The position numbers were made by a program, and so were the translations under genes. A stretch of 64,000 bases of DNA, taken from positions 3,989-67,988 of the forward strand of contig WRIZ01000004.1 of the NCBI GenBank assembly GCA_009782475.1, written 5' to 3'. Positions 23,261-33,880 of the stretch are shown here, in pieces (the first letter of the stretch is position 1; the number at the start of each line of letters is the position of its first letter). This DNA comes from Oscillospiraceae bacterium (GTDB lineage Bacteria; Bacillota; Clostridia; Oscillospirales; UBA929). The notes under the pieces were generated by a model, which was not told where the DNA came from, ran no database searches, and saw nothing but the letters and a program-made list of their open reading frames with translations.

Positions 23261-25617
23261 GTACAGCGAGCAAATACCGCATACATGAGGTAGCGAAAGA
23301 CTTTGGGCTGGGGTCGAAGGTTGTCTCCGACATCCTGACCCAATACTTTACCGCGCCTAAAAACCATATGCAAGCCTTGACGGAGGAGGAACTCAACCTC
23401 ATCTTCGCCGTATTGACCGAAAAAAATCAAATCGAGTCGATCGAAAGCATCTTTGCCGACGTCTACCATGAACCCGAACCGCCTCCCGCCCCCAAACCCG
23501 AAGCTAAGGCTAAATCCACTGATAAAGCGGAACCGGCGGCGAAAGAACAGCCCATTGCCGCCACAGCGGCGGAGGGCGGTACCGCCGCGCCGCCGATACA
23601 GCAGGCTCCGCCCAAACCCAAACAGCCGCAAGCACCGCGCGGCCCCAAAACGACGCATATCGTCGATACGCGCGGAGCCAGCGTGGATATGTCGCGCTAT
23701 GACGAGCGTGTGGAATCCCTTGTGCCGGAGAAGGCCGGGCGGATGAAGCAGGGCAAGGAAAAAATCAAGCGGGCTCCCGACCGCAAACCGGGCGGCTTCA
23801 TCTCCCAAAAGCGGCTTCAGGAAGAGGCCGAACGCCGCCGCCAGCGCATTGAGCACTTTAAGAAACAGCAGATCAAAGTGTCCATCCCGGACGAGATCGC
23901 CGTCGGGGAACTGGCTGCCCGCCTGAAAAAGACCGGGGCAGAAGTGGTCAAACAGCTGATGAAACTGGGCGTCATGGCGTCGCTCAGCCAAAATATCGAC
24001 TTTGACACGGCTTCCCTTGTAGCCATGGAGTTCGGAGCCAAGGTGGAACGTGAAGTCATCGTCACCATTGAGGAGCGTTTGATCGACGAAACGGCCGACC
24101 TCGACGAAAACCTCTCCCCGCGTGACCCGGTTGTCGTTGTCATGGGGCACGTCGATCACGGAAAGACCAGTCTCCTCGATTATATCCGCAAAGCCAACGT
24201 CACCGAAGGGGAAGCGGGCGGCATCACCCAGCATATCGGCGCATACCGCGTTCCCATCGGCGAGAAGCATATCACCTTCCTCGACACGCCCGGCCACGCC
24301 GCGTTTACATCCATGCGGGCGCGCGGCGCGTCGGTCACCGACATCGCCATCTTGGTCGTTGCCGCCGACGACGGCATCATGCCGCAGACGGTTGAGGCCA
24401 TCAACCATGCCAAAGCCGCCGGGGTGCCGATCGTTGTCGCTTTGAATAAGATGGATAAAGAAGGCGCCAACCCCGAGCGGATCAAACAACAGCTCACCGA
24501 CCATGAAATGGTTTCCGAGGAATGGGGCGGCGAGACCATCATCTGCCCGGTGTCGGCCAAAACAGGCGACGGGATCGAACATCTGCTGGAAATGGTCGTG
24601 CTGCAAGCTGAAATACGCGAACTCAAAGCCAACCCCGCCCGCACGGCGCGCGGCACCGTCATTGAAGCCAAACTCGACAAAGGGCGCGGCCCGGTGGCGA
24701 CGGTGCTGGTGCAAAACGGCACACTGCGGCAGAGCGATATTGTCATCGCCGGAAAGACGGTCGGGCGTGTCCGCGCCATGTCGGACGACAAAGGGCAGAA
24801 AATCGAGGAGGCCGGCCCCAGCGTCCCGGTCGAGATCGTCGGGCTGGGCGAAGTGCCGGAAGCGGGCGACGTTTTCCACACCGTTGCCGACGAACGGATG
24901 GCGCGCGAATTGGTCGGCCAGCGCAAACAACAGGAAAAAGAAGGGAACGCGCAGGCTCCCGGAGTCAAAGTCTCTCTTGACGACTTGTTCGCGCAGATAC
25001 AGCAGGGGCAGATCAAAGACCTTAATATCATCGTCAAAGCCGACGTCCACGGCTCTTCCGAAGCGTTGAAAGCCGCGCTGGAGGAGATCGCCAACGAGGA
25101 AGTCCGTGTGCGGATCATCCATTCCGGCGTCGGTGCCATCAACGCCAGTGACGTTCTGCTGGCGTCCACGGCCTCGGCCATCATCGTCGGGTTCAACGTC
25201 CGCGCCGACGCGTCGGCCGCCCAAAACGCCGAACGCGCCAACGTGGATATACGGTATTACCGCGTCATTTACGAGTGCATTGAGGAGATCGAAGCGTCGC
25301 TGAAGGGGATGCTCTCGAAGAAATATCAGGAAGTCAGGCTGGGCGAAGCCGAAGTGCGCCAGGTCTTCAAGGCCACCAACATCGGTACCATCGCGGGAAG
25401 TTATGTCCGCGACGGAAAGATCGAGCGCAGCGCGCAGGTGCGCGTCATCCGCGACGGCATTGTTGTCTATGAAGGAGCCATCGCCTCGCTCAAACGCTTC
25501 AAGGACGACGCCAAAGAGGTTGCGTCCGGGTACGAATGCGGCATTTCGCTGGAGAAATACACAGACATTAAAGAAGGCGACGTCATCGAAGCCTTTGTCA
25601 TGGAGGAAATCCAATAG
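23257..25617 (+). CDS. infB: translation initiation factor IF-2
   Basis: GTPase motifs [17 protein letters not shown] and NKMD. The charged N-terminal region and the C-terminal IF2 domains are present. Confidence 0.97.
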   Translation: MSTASKYRIHEVAKDFGLGSKVVSDILTQYFTAPKNHMQALTEEELNLIFAVLTEKNQIESIESIFADVYHEPEPPPAPKPEAKAKSTDKAEPAAKEQPIAATAAEGGTAAPPIQQAPPKPKQPQAPRGPKTTHIVDTRGASVDMSRYDERVESLVPEKAGRMKQGKEKIKRAPDRKPGGFISQKRLQEEAERRRQRIEHFKKQQIKVSIPDEIAVGELAARLKKTGAEVVKQLMKLGVMASLSQNIDFDTASLVAMEFGAKVEREVIVTIEERLIDETADLDENLSPRDPVVVVMGHVDHGKTSLLDYIRKANVTEGEAGGITQHIGAYRVPIGEKHITFLDTPGHAAFTSMRARGASVTDIAILVVAADDGIMPQTVEAINHAKAAGVPIVVALNKMDKEGANPERIKQQLTDHEMVSEEWGGETIICPVSAKTGDGIEHLLEMVVLQAEIRELKANPARTARGTVIEAKLDKGRGPVATVLVQNGTLRQSDIVIAGKTVGRVRAMSDDKGQKIEEAGPSVPVEIVGLGEVPEAGDVFHTVADERMARELVGQRKQQEKEGNAQAPGVKVSLDDLFAQIQQGQIKDLNIIVKADVHGSSEALKAALEEIANEEVRVRIIHSGVGAINASDVLLASTASAIIVGFNVRADASAAQNAERANVDIRYYRVIYECIEEIEASLKGMLSKKYQEVRLGEAEVRQVFKATNIGTIAGSYVRDGKIERSAQVRVIRDGIVVYEGAIASLKRFKDDAKEVASGYECGISLEKYTDIKEGDVIEAFVMEEIQ

Positions 25618-25961
25618 TGGCCAGCCAAAACCGCGTGGGGCAGATCAACGGCGAGATCCTTCGCGTCCTCTCCGACCGGTTGCCCAAATGCAAAGACCCG
25701 CGAATCAACGGGTTGGTCAGCATTGTCCGGGTTGACACAACCGGCGACCTGTCGCTCTGCCGTGTCTACGTTTCCTCGCTGGGCGGCGGAACCGATATGG
25801 CCAAGGGGCTGAAAAGCGCGTCGGGGTATCTCCGCCGTGAACTGGGCAAGGAGCTTCAGCTGCGGCATACGCCCGAATTGGAATTCATCGTTGACCATTC
25901 CATCGAGGAAGGGTCGCGGATATTGGAAAAGATACGAGAATTGGACATACGGGATGAATGA
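25617..25961 (+). CDS. rbfA: ribosome-binding factor A
   Basis: GTG overlaps the infB TAG by 1 nt. RVGQINGEILRVLSD...VSIVRVDTTGDLSLCRVYVS...LRHTPELEF. Confidence 0.9.
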   Translation: MASQNRVGQINGEILRVLSDRLPKCKDPRINGLVSIVRVDTTGDLSLCRVYVSSLGGGTDMAKGLKSASGYLRRELGKELQLRHTPELEFIVDHSIEEGSRILEKIRELDIRDE

Positions 25962-26898
25962 TGTTGTCAATTTTCTAAAAAAGCATAACAATTTTCTGCT
26001 GCTCACCCATCGCCGCCCCGACGGCGATACGCTGGGCAGTGCCGCCGCACTCTGCGCCGGGCTGCGTTCGCTGGGCAAAACAGCTTATCTTTGGCCTAAC
26101 CCGGAGATCACGGGGCGGTATGTCCCGTATACCAAACCCTATTTCGCGCCGGAGGATTACCGGCCTGACGCGGCGGTCGCCGTTGACATTGCCTCGAAAT
26201 CGCTTATCCCCGAACAATGGAAAATCCCGGTGCATCTCAGGATCGATCATCACCCCGACGCCGGGCGCGACGAGCTGTTCGCCGAACTCAACTACACAGA
26301 CCCATCCGCCGCGGCCTGCGGCGAAGTCATCCAAGAACTGCTGGAAACCCTCGGCGTGACGCTGACCAAAGAGATCGCCGCCGCGCTGTATGTTGCCATT
26401 GCTACGGATACAGGCTGTTTCCGTTATTCCAACACAACGGCCAAAACCCACCGTCTGACCGCCAAACTGATGGAAACCGGCATCAGCGCATATGCTGTCA
26501 ACAACGAAATTTTCGCCAAGTCGAAAGAACGGCTGGCGGTAGAAGCCGCCGTCGCGGCCAACATCCATTACTGTGCGGGCGGCCGCGCCGCGGTCGCTTA
26601 CCTTTCTCTCGCGGACAGGGGCGGAGCCGCCGAAGACGATTTGGAAAACCTTGCGGGGCTGCCGCAGGGGATCAAAGGCGTGGAAGTGGCCTTATTATTG
26701 CGCGAAGAGAAAGACGGCTGGCGCGTCTCCTGCCGCAGCAAAGAACCGTATGCGGCCAATAAGATTTGCGGTGTTTTTGGCGGCGGGGGGCATGACCGTG
26801 CCGCCGGAGCCGAAATTGAAGGCACGATGCTGCCGGAGGAAGCCTGTAAACGCGCTTTCGCGGCGTTGTGGGGAATCTATCCCGACCTGCAATGCTGA
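25954..26898 (+). CDS. nrnA: DHH/DHHA1 phosphoesterase (NrnA-like nanoRNase / pAp phosphatase)
   Basis: Motifs HRRPDGDTLGSAAAL, DHH (IDHH), TDTGCFRYSNT and GGGGH. Start at ATG 25954, the internal Met of the track ORF. Confidence 0.85.
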   Translation: MNDVVNFLKKHNNFLLLTHRRPDGDTLGSAAALCAGLRSLGKTAYLWPNPEITGRYVPYTKPYFAPEDYRPDAAVAVDIASKSLIPEQWKIPVHLRIDHHPDAGRDELFAELNYTDPSAAACGEVIQELLETLGVTLTKEIAAALYVAIATDTGCFRYSNTTAKTHRLTAKLMETGISAYAVNNEIFAKSKERLAVEAAVAANIHYCAGGRAAVAYLSLADRGGAAEDDLENLAGLPQGIKGVEVALLLREEKDGWRVSCRSKEPYAANKICGVFGGGGHDRAAGAEIEGTMLPEEACKRAFAALWGIYPDLQC

Positions 26899-27602
26899 GC
26901 GGGATCGTGTTGGTCGATAAAGCCCCCGGCTGGACAAGCCACGATGTGGTGGCCAAATGCCGGGGTTTGCTGCGCGAACGGAAAATCGGCCATGGCGGAA
27001 CCCTCGACCCGATGGCCACCGGGCTGCTGGTCTTGTTCGTCGGTTCGGCCACCAAGCTGGTCAGCCGCCTGCCGGGGGAGAAAACCTACACCGCTTCCCT
27101 TCGCTTCGGGTTGGAAACGGATACCTATGACGCCGAGGGGCGGACGGTGCGCGAATACGACCGCATCCCGTCCGCCGAAGAATTGAAGGCCGTCCTGCCG
27201 CGCTACACGGGTGACCTGCTTCAAATTCCGCCGATGGTGTCGGCCATTAAAATCAACGGGAAAAAACTCTACGAGCTGGCACGCAAAGGCGTAGAGGTAG
27301 AGCGTCCGCCCCGCCCGGTCACGGTAAGCGAGTTTACATGGATAGGGGAGCGGGACGGGGAGCATACCGTCGAAATCGTCTGCTCGGCGGGAACCTATGT
27401 GCGTTCGCTCATCCATGACATCGGGCATGAGCTGGGTTCGGGAGCGGTGATGACGGCCTTGCGGCGCATCCGCAGCGGCCCGTTTCGCGTTGAAGACGCC
27501 GTTCCGGTCGAAGAGGTTACGCCGGAGCGCGTTTTACCAGTGGACAGAGGACAGTGGATAGTGGACAGTTGGGGGACGGAAGGCGGGGACTGTCGTGGAT
27601 AG
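26892..27602 (+). CDS. truB: tRNA pseudouridine(55) synthase
   Basis: GIVLVDKAPGWTSHDVV and GHGGTLDPMATGLL (catalytic Asp). Start at ATG 26892. Confidence 0.92.
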   Translation: MLSGIVLVDKAPGWTSHDVVAKCRGLLRERKIGHGGTLDPMATGLLVLFVGSATKLVSRLPGEKTYTASLRFGLETDTYDAEGRTVREYDRIPSAEELKAVLPRYTGDLLQIPPMVSAIKINGKKLYELARKGVEVERPPRPVTVSEFTWIGERDGEHTVEIVCSAGTYVRSLIHDIGHELGSGAVMTALRRIRSGPFRVEDAVPVEEVTPERVLPVDRGQWIVDSWGTEGGDCRG

Positions 27603-28482
27603 GGTGCTTGCGCTGGGGTTTTTTGACGGGGTGCATATCGGGCATGGGCAGCTCTTCAAAGCCGCCAACCATCAGGCGGCGAGAATGGGAGCGGCGGCCT
27701 GTGTCCTGACATACGACACCCATCCCAAAACGATGATCACCGGACGCCCTGTCCCGCTGTTATGCTCCACCGAAGAACGAACGGGCTATATACGCGAACA
27801 CTACCGCATCCCCGAGGTCATCGTAGACCCGTTTGACGAGGAAACGGCGCGTATCCCGTGGCGGGACTATATCGAACAAGTTTTGCTCAGCCGCCTGAAC
27901 GCCGTCTTCCTTGTGGCGGGATATGATTATACATTTGGGGATCAAGGCGAGGGGACGCCGGAGCTGCTGAAGGGATATTGCGCCGGACGAAATGTCGGCT
28001 GCGCCGTCATTCCCCCGAAACGGATCGGCGGGGTGCGTGTCAGCTCCACCTACATCCGAGGGCTGGTCGCCGAGGGGGATATGGAGCGGGCGGCGCAGTT
28101 TTTGGGTCACCGTTACCGCCTTTCGGGAACGGTTGAGCGCGGCCGGGGGCTGGGGCGTCAGTTCGGGTTCCCCACTGTTAACCTGCCATTGCCGCCTGGA
28201 CGCCAAACACCCGAGTGGGGTGTTTACGCCGCGCTGGTGTCGTGGAAGGGGCAAACTTGGCCGGCCGTTACCAATGTGGGGTTCCGCCCGACCGTTGAAC
28301 CGGGCGGCGCGCCAACGGTTGAATCCACCTTGCTGGGCTTTGACGGCGACCTCTACGGGGAGCTGATCCATGTGGATTTTGTGCGGTTTATCCGGCCTGA
28401 GCGGCGGTTTGCCTCACCCGCCGAACTGACCGCACAGGTGAGGCGGGACGTGGAGGAAGCCAAGAAAATTTTGGAAATCTAG
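27595..28482 (+). CDS. ribF: bifunctional riboflavin kinase / FMN adenylyltransferase
   Basis: LGFFDGVHIGH, and the C-terminal kinase motifs GRGLGRQFGFPTVNL and ELIHVDFVRFIRPERRF. Confidence 0.92.
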   Translation: MDRVLALGFFDGVHIGHGQLFKAANHQAARMGAAACVLTYDTHPKTMITGRPVPLLCSTEERTGYIREHYRIPEVIVDPFDEETARIPWRDYIEQVLLSRLNAVFLVAGYDYTFGDQGEGTPELLKGYCAGRNVGCAVIPPKRIGGVRVSSTYIRGLVAEGDMERAAQFLGHRYRLSGTVERGRGLGRQFGFPTVNLPLPPGRQTPEWGVYAALVSWKGQTWPAVTNVGFRPTVEPGGAPTVESTLLGFDGDLYGELIHVDFVRFIRPERRFASPAELTAQVRRDVEEAKKILEI

Positions 28483-28584
28483 GGAAAACTTAAAATTCCT
28501 GTTGATTTTATAGATGGTTAATGGTATACTTTGCTTTAACACGGTTGACATAATGCGGAATAGTTCTCCTTATAAAAGGAAATA

Positions 28585-29922
28585 ATGATAATCAAAACCA
28601 ATACAGGCAGGTGCTCCGTTTTGACCCAATATGTGATCAACGGCGGAATCCCCCTTCGCGGCTCCATCAATATCAGCGGCGCGAAAAACGCCGCTTTGGC
28701 CATACTGCCCGCCACATTGCTGATGGAGGGCGAGTGCCGCATCGAAAACATACCCAAAGTGACTGACGTGACGCTGATGTTGGAAATATTGCGCGACGTC
28801 GGAGCCTCCATCCGCCTTGTGGACGATAACACCGTTGTCATCGACAGCGGCGGCGTCCGCGCCGGAAGCGTGGCTCCCTATGAGCAGGCGCGGCGTATGC
28901 GGGCTTCCTATTACCTGATCGGAGCCTTCTTAGGGCGTTTTTCCAGCGCGCAGGTGGCCATGCCGGGCGGGTGCAACCTCGGCGTCCGCCCCATCGACCA
29001 GCACATCAAAGGCTTTGAAAAACTGGGTGCCGAAGTGCAGGTCAAAGCGGGGTTCGTCCACGCCGACGCGCAAGGCGGGGGGCTGAAAGGTTCGCCGGTT
29101 TACTTGGATATGGCGTCAGTGGGAGCCACCATCAATATCATTTTAGCGGCGGCTATGGCCGAGGGCTTGACGGTGATCGAAAACGCCGCGCGCGAGCCCC
29201 ATGTCGTCGATTTGGCCAACTTCCTCAATTCGGCGGGTGCCGACATCAAGGGAGCGGGAACCGACATCATTAAAATACGCGGCAAAAAAAGCCTCACCGG
29301 CAGAAATTATGCCATCATCCCCGACCAAATCGAGGCCGGGACGTATATGGCCGCCGTTACGGCGGCGGGCGGCGAAGTAACGCTGACCAACGTCATCCCC
29401 AAGCATTTGGAATGTATCACCGCAAAGCTCGAAGAACTGGGTGCCGAAGTGGAAGAGGATGACGAATCCATCACCATCAAGCGGGAAGGGAAACTGCGCA
29501 AAGCCAACATCAAAACCCTGCCCTATCCCGGATTCCCCACCGATATGCAGCCGCAGGTGTCGGCTTGCCTGTCCTCCGCCGAGGGCATCAGCATGGTGAC
29601 CGAAAGCATCTCGGACAACCGCTACCGCTATGTGGACGAGCTGAAACGCATGGGGGCGCGGATTCAGGTGGACGGCAAGGTGGCCGTCATCGAAGGGGTT
29701 AAAAAGCTGACCGGGGCTCCGGTGCAGGCTTGCGATCTCCGCGCCGGAGCCGCTCTCATTGTCGCGGGGCTGGGCGCGCAAGGGAAAACCGAAGTCGGCG
29801 GGGTTTATCACATCGAACGCGGCTATGAAGACGCCGTAAAAAAACTTCAGGGCGTCGGCGCCGACATCCGGGTGGAGGACGTGCCGGACACCGAACTGCT
29901 GTCGGCAGGGCAGACGGGATAA
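28585..29922 (+). CDS. murA: UDP-N-acetylglucosamine 1-carboxyvinyltransferase
   Basis: [39 protein letters not shown] (catalytic Cys loop) and FPTDMQ. TTG 28621 is an alternative start. Confidence 0.93.
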   Translation: MIIKTNTGRCSVLTQYVINGGIPLRGSINISGAKNAALAILPATLLMEGECRIENIPKVTDVTLMLEILRDVGASIRLVDDNTVVIDSGGVRAGSVAPYEQARRMRASYYLIGAFLGRFSSAQVAMPGGCNLGVRPIDQHIKGFEKLGAEVQVKAGFVHADAQGGGLKGSPVYLDMASVGATINIILAAAMAEGLTVIENAAREPHVVDLANFLNSAGADIKGAGTDIIKIRGKKSLTGRNYAIIPDQIEAGTYMAAVTAAGGEVTLTNVIPKHLECITAKLEELGAEVEEDDESITIKREGKLRKANIKTLPYPGFPTDMQPQVSACLSSAEGISMVTESISDNRYRYVDELKRMGARIQVDGKVAVIEGVKKLTGAPVQACDLRAGAALIVAGLGAQGKTEVGGVYHIERGYEDAVKKLQGVGADIRVEDVPDTELLSAGQTG

Positions 29923-29991
29923 AAACCGCCGGACACGAATGGAACCGGCAAATCATATATTGAGACAGGAAAGCAAATATGCGGAAGGAAT

Positions 29992-31149
29992 GTGATGGTT
30001 ATCGACAATCATATTATTCTGGTGTTTGCTTTGATTCTTTTTCTAACAAAATTTTGCGGCATCATCACCAAAAGGATCCATCTGCCGCAAGTAGTCGGCG
30101 CGCTTGTGGCCGGGGTGTTGTTGGGGCCCGCCGTGTTCAATCTGGCGGAACACAATGAAACGATTTCCGTTGTCGCCGATTTGGGCGTGATCGTGCTGCT
30201 GTTTTCGGCGGGAATGGAAACCGATTTCAAACAGCTTCGCAGTTCGGTGAAATCATCGGCTCTGATTGCTGTGGCAGGCGTTGTTTTATCCATCGCCGGG
30301 GGATTTGCCGCCGCGTTGTTTATCACGGGCGAACCGTCGTTTGAATGCTTTTTTATCGGCGTTATCATTGCGTCAACGTCGGCCAGCATCGGCATTGAGG
30401 CATTGCACGAAATGGGCAGGCTCAAAACCAAATCGGCGTCCGGGATCATAGGCGCGGCCGTGATTGACGACATTCTAGGAATCGTCCTCCTTGCGGTTGT
30501 TTTAGGGTTGGGCGAAGGCGGCCTGTCGGTCGCGTCTATTGCCGCCACATTGGGCAAAATCATCCTCTTTTTTCTATTTGCCATCGGGGCGGGGTTTGCC
30601 GCCAACAAGCTGTTTGGCCTGATCAACAGTAAATTCGGGGAAACAAGAAGGCTGTCTATATTCGCGCTGGCCTTCTGTTTTCTAATGGCTTATCTGGCGG
30701 AGCAGTTCGGCTTGTCGGATATAACAGGCGCATACATAGCCGGGCTTGCCCTCAGCAGTACGCGCTTTGTCGATTACCTCGAAGACAAAACCAATGTGCT
30801 GTCTTATATGCTTTTATCTCCGGTGTTTTTTGCTAGCATCGGGCTTCAGGTCGTGTTTACCGGCTTTAACGGCAAAACGGCGGTCTTTTGCGGGCTTCTG
30901 CTATTGTCCGCGCTGCTGTCCAAGCTGCTTGGCTGCGGTTTGGGCGCGAAAATATGCGGATACTCGAATAGGGAGAGCGTTCAGATCGGCGCGGGAATGA
31001 TCACGAGGGGCGAGGTGTCCATCATCATCGCCGGAAGGGGTATCGGCGCGGGGCTGATGGACGCAAGCCTGTTTTCGCCCATCATCGCTGTCGTGATCAT
31101 TACAGTCCTGATCGCGCCTGTGCTGCTCAAAGCCGCGTTTTCAAAATAA
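29992..31149 (+). CDS. cation:proton antiporter (CPA2, NapA/Kef-like; no RCK domain)
   Basis: 385 aa with 11-13 TM segments. FLTKFCGIITKRIHLPQVVGALVAGVLLGP and GMETDF motifs. Confidence 0.85.
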   Translation: MMVIDNHIILVFALILFLTKFCGIITKRIHLPQVVGALVAGVLLGPAVFNLAEHNETISVVADLGVIVLLFSAGMETDFKQLRSSVKSSALIAVAGVVLSIAGGFAAALFITGEPSFECFFIGVIIASTSASIGIEALHEMGRLKTKSASGIIGAAVIDDILGIVLLAVVLGLGEGGLSVASIAATLGKIILFFLFAIGAGFAANKLFGLINSKFGETRRLSIFALAFCFLMAYLAEQFGLSDITGAYIAGLALSSTRFVDYLEDKTNVLSYMLLSPVFFASIGLQVVFTGFNGKTAVFCGLLLLSALLSKLLGCGLGAKICGYSNRESVQIGAGMITRGEVSIIIAGRGIGAGLMDASLFSPIIAVVIITVLIAPVLLKAAFSK

Positions 31150-31172
31150 AACCGCCCATCGGGCGGTTTTTT
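31148..31172. terminator. bidirectional intrinsic terminator
   Basis: AAAA-CCGCCC-atc-GGGCGG-TTTTTT. Confidence 0.65.
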
Positions 31173-31184
31173 ACGAGCGGAACA

Positions 31185-31556
31185 CTATGTTGTCATCCGT
31201 ACCCGCCGCCCGTGGTTGGAAACGAGCACGCTTTGCGCACGGTGCGCCGTATCCTCGTCCACCGTCAGCAGGAGCTGGACTTCCCCGCTGGGCGGCTCGC
31301 TTCTGCCGAAAGCCGCGCCCGGGCCGCCCCGCAGGCCGATGGCGGCGAACCCGGGGACAGTCATGTTATTCGCGCCGAAACCGTTGGCTTCCACCGCGTT
31401 GTTCATGTTTCCGACAAAAACCCCGCCGCGTCCCGGGTCATCGGAAAGGTGCAGGGCGCGTATCTTATACCGTGAGGGGAAAATGCCGAGCGATTGCAGA
31501 TTCACAAGGGCGTGCTCCGCCGTATCAACATCATCAAATAACGCTGTAATGTCCAT
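31185..31556 (-). CDS. hypothetical protein (123 aa)
   Basis: Gly-rich centre flanked by similar N- and C-terminal segments (DDVDTAEHALVNL versus VDEDTAHRAQSVL). No named motif. Confidence 0.5.
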   Translation of the reverse strand: MDITALFDDVDTAEHALVNLQSLGIFPSRYKIRALHLSDDPGRGGVFVGNMNNAVEANGFGANNMTVPGFAAIGLRGGPGAAFGRSEPPSGEVQLLLTVDEDTAHRAQSVLVSNHGRRVRMTT

Positions 31557-31679
31557 ATGCTTCCTCCGTTCGCCGTTTCATTCATGCAGGTAGTATAAGG
31601 CTTTTTGGGATAAGCTATACATACTTGCACAATCGTGAAGGGTATAGTACAATGTCGGGGAAAGAGGAGGATTCAGATT

Positions 31680-31964
31680 ATGAGTGAATACGGCAATGAT
31701 TTCATCACCCTGACCGATGAAGACGGCAACGAGGTGGAACTGGAGCATTTGGACACGCTGGAGCATGACGGGGAGACCTATATGGCGTTCGGTATCGCCG
31801 AATCGGAGGATGACGAGGAGATGTCGGTCGTCATCATGCAGGCGGTCAGCGTAGATGGGGAAGAGATGTTGGAGGAAGTGCAGGACGAACAGCTGCTGGA
31901 AGAGGTTTACAATCTTTTTCTCGAGCGGATCGGGGACGAAGAAGATTTGGAAGATGAGGATTGA
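31680..31964 (+). CDS. DUF1292-domain protein
   Basis: GAGGAGG SD. FITLTDEDGNEVELEHLDTLEHDGETYMAF is the DUF1292 hallmark. Acidic tail. Confidence 0.8.
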   Translation: MSEYGNDFITLTDEDGNEVELEHLDTLEHDGETYMAFGIAESEDDEEMSVVIMQAVSVDGEEMLEEVQDEQLLEEVYNLFLERIGDEEDLEDED

Positions 31965-31968
31965 ACCC

Positions 31969-31997
31969 TTGACAAACATTTCCCGATAAGATATACT
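31969..31997 (+). promoter_or_regulatory. sigma-A type promoter (TTGACA-17 nt-TATACT)
   Basis: TTGACA at 31969-31974 and TATACT at 31992-31997, upstream of the GH67 gene. Confidence 0.5.
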
Positions 31998-32040
31998 GAT
32001 AAACAAGGAAAAATCTACAAAATAAGGCAGTGAACCGCCG

Positions 32041-33858
32041 ATGGGCTATAGCGAATACGACATGTGGCTTCAAGGCGGGGAAGGTCTTCCGCCCGAACCG
32101 TGTTTCGCTGCCGGCCCGTCCTTGCCCCCGGAGGGTTTTCGATTAACGCAAGATGCGGAAGGGTTTAGGATTGAAAGCGCGGACGAAGCGGGTCGCATGT
32201 ATGGGTCATACGCCCTGCAAGCCTGCCTGAAACTCGGCAAACAGCCGGACGGCTCGGTTTCAGCCCCCGCCGTGCCCGAACGCATCCTCAACCATTGGGA
32301 TAACCTCACCGGAGAGGTCGAACGCGGTTACAGCGGGAAATCACTCTTTTTCAAAGACGGTGAGCTCTATTACGACCCCGGACGGATCAAAGACTACGCC
32401 CGGTTATTATCATCTGCCGGCATCAACCGCGTTTGTTTGAACAATGTCAACGTCACCCCGCTTTCCGCGCGGCTGATCACCGATAAACTGCCGGATTTAG
32501 CGGAACTTGCCGCGATTTTCCGCCCCTTCCATATCAAACTCATCATTGCCGTTGATTTCGGCAGCCCCGTCCTGCTGGGCGGACTGCCCACCGCCGACCC
32601 GCTGGACGACAGGGTCATCGGCTGGTGGGCGCAAGCGGCGGACAGGGTCTATGAAGCCATTCCCGACTTGGCGGGGTTTTTGGTCAAAGCCGACAGCGAA
32701 TTTCGCGACGGCCCAGCGGCGATGGGGCGCACCCAGGCCGACGGTGCCAATGTTTTGGCCAGGGCGGTCAAGCCGCACGGCGGCAAAATTTGGTGGCGGT
32801 GCTTTGTTTACAACTGCGAACAGGACTGGCGCGATACCAAAACCGACCGGCCGAAGGCGGCGTACGATCATTTTTTCCCGCTGGACGGTTCATTTGACGC
32901 TAACGTCACCCTGCAAATCAAGCACGGCCCCTCCGATTTTCAGGTGCGCGAACCCAATTCTCCGTTGTTGGGAGCCATGAAGCACACCGCACAGGCTATG
33001 GAGCTTCAAATCACGCAGGAATACACCGGGCAGCAGATCGACCTCTACGCGCTGGCGGTGCAGTGGGAAGAAATCCTCTCGGCGGCTGTGTCCGGCACCC
33101 GCACCATGCGCAGCCTGATCGGGGAAGAGATCGGCGCAATGGCGGCTGTGGCCAACACCGGGAACGACGCCAACTGGACGGGGCATACGCTGGCGCAGGC
33201 CAACCTATACGCGTTCGGACGGCTGGCTTGGGATCCGTCGCTCACAGCCAAAGAGATCCTCTCCGACTGGATCGGGCTGACCTTCGGCACCGAACCGGCG
33301 TTGCGTGAACCCCTTCTCGGGATGATGCTGTCATCGCGCGGCACATATGAGAAATACACAACCCCGTTGGGTTTATGCTGGATGGTCAATGTCCATCATC
33401 ATTACGGGCCCAGCCCGGAAGGCTATGAATTTTCCAAATGGGGTACCTACCATCGGGCGGATCACAAGGCGGTCGGCGTTGACAGAACGGCAAACGGCAC
33501 CGGGTACATACAGCAATATCACCCGTTTTTGCAGGCATTGTACGAGGATGCGGATCGCTGCCCCGAAGAGCTTTTGTTATACTTTCACCGTTTGTCCTAC
33601 GATTTCAAGCTCAAAAGCGGAAAAACCCTTCTTCAGCACATCTACGACACGCATTTTGAAGGCGTTGAGGATGTAACGGATTTTATGAAAACATGGGAGT
33701 CATTGAAACCCCTCCTTCCCGAATCCGCCTATGCCCCGGTCGCCGTGCGGCTGGCGCGGCAGCTGGAAAACGCCAAAGAATGGCGGGACGTCATCAATAC
33801 ATATTTTTTCCGAAAAACAGGCATCCCCGACAGCAAAGGGCGGCACATCTATCGGTAA
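32041..33858 (+). CDS. aguA: alpha-glucuronidase, glycoside hydrolase family 67
   Basis: LNHWDNLTGEVERGYSGKSLFF, GFLVKADSE and QITQEYTGQQ are GH67-like blocks. The 605-aa length implies a shortened N-terminal domain. Confidence 0.85.
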   Translation: MGYSEYDMWLQGGEGLPPEPCFAAGPSLPPEGFRLTQDAEGFRIESADEAGRMYGSYALQACLKLGKQPDGSVSAPAVPERILNHWDNLTGEVERGYSGKSLFFKDGELYYDPGRIKDYARLLSSAGINRVCLNNVNVTPLSARLITDKLPDLAELAAIFRPFHIKLIIAVDFGSPVLLGGLPTADPLDDRVIGWWAQAADRVYEAIPDLAGFLVKADSEFRDGPAAMGRTQADGANVLARAVKPHGGKIWWRCFVYNCEQDWRDTKTDRPKAAYDHFFPLDGSFDANVTLQIKHGPSDFQVREPNSPLLGAMKHTAQAMELQITQEYTGQQIDLYALAVQWEEILSAAVSGTRTMRSLIGEEIGAMAAVANTGNDANWTGHTLAQANLYAFGRLAWDPSLTAKEILSDWIGLTFGTEPALREPLLGMMLSSRGTYEKYTTPLGLCWMVNVHHHYGPSPEGYEFSKWGTYHRADHKAVGVDRTANGTGYIQQYHPFLQALYEDADRCPEELLLYFHRLSYDFKLKSGKTLLQHIYDTHFEGVEDVTDFMKTWESLKPLLPESAYAPVAVRLARQLENAKEWRDVINTYFFRKTGIPDSKGRHIYR

Positions 33859-33880
33859 AATTTGGAGGGAGGTTCGATAT

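Noticed and set aside
23251-25614. A 787-aa minus-strand ORF covering the whole of infB.
   Set aside because: It is codon-aligned with infB, so antisense stops would require sense TTA, CTA or TCA codons, which this gene avoids. infB carries unambiguous GTPase motifs. The antisense product is low-complexity (R/G/D/F-rich) and has no SD. It is a mirror-frame artefact.
33731-33880. An upstream extension of the fused permease ORF (track start 33731) overlapping the GH67 3' end.
   Set aside because: The extension overlaps aguA by 128 nt and has no SD. ATG 33881 is preceded by GGAGGGAGG, right after the aguA stop.
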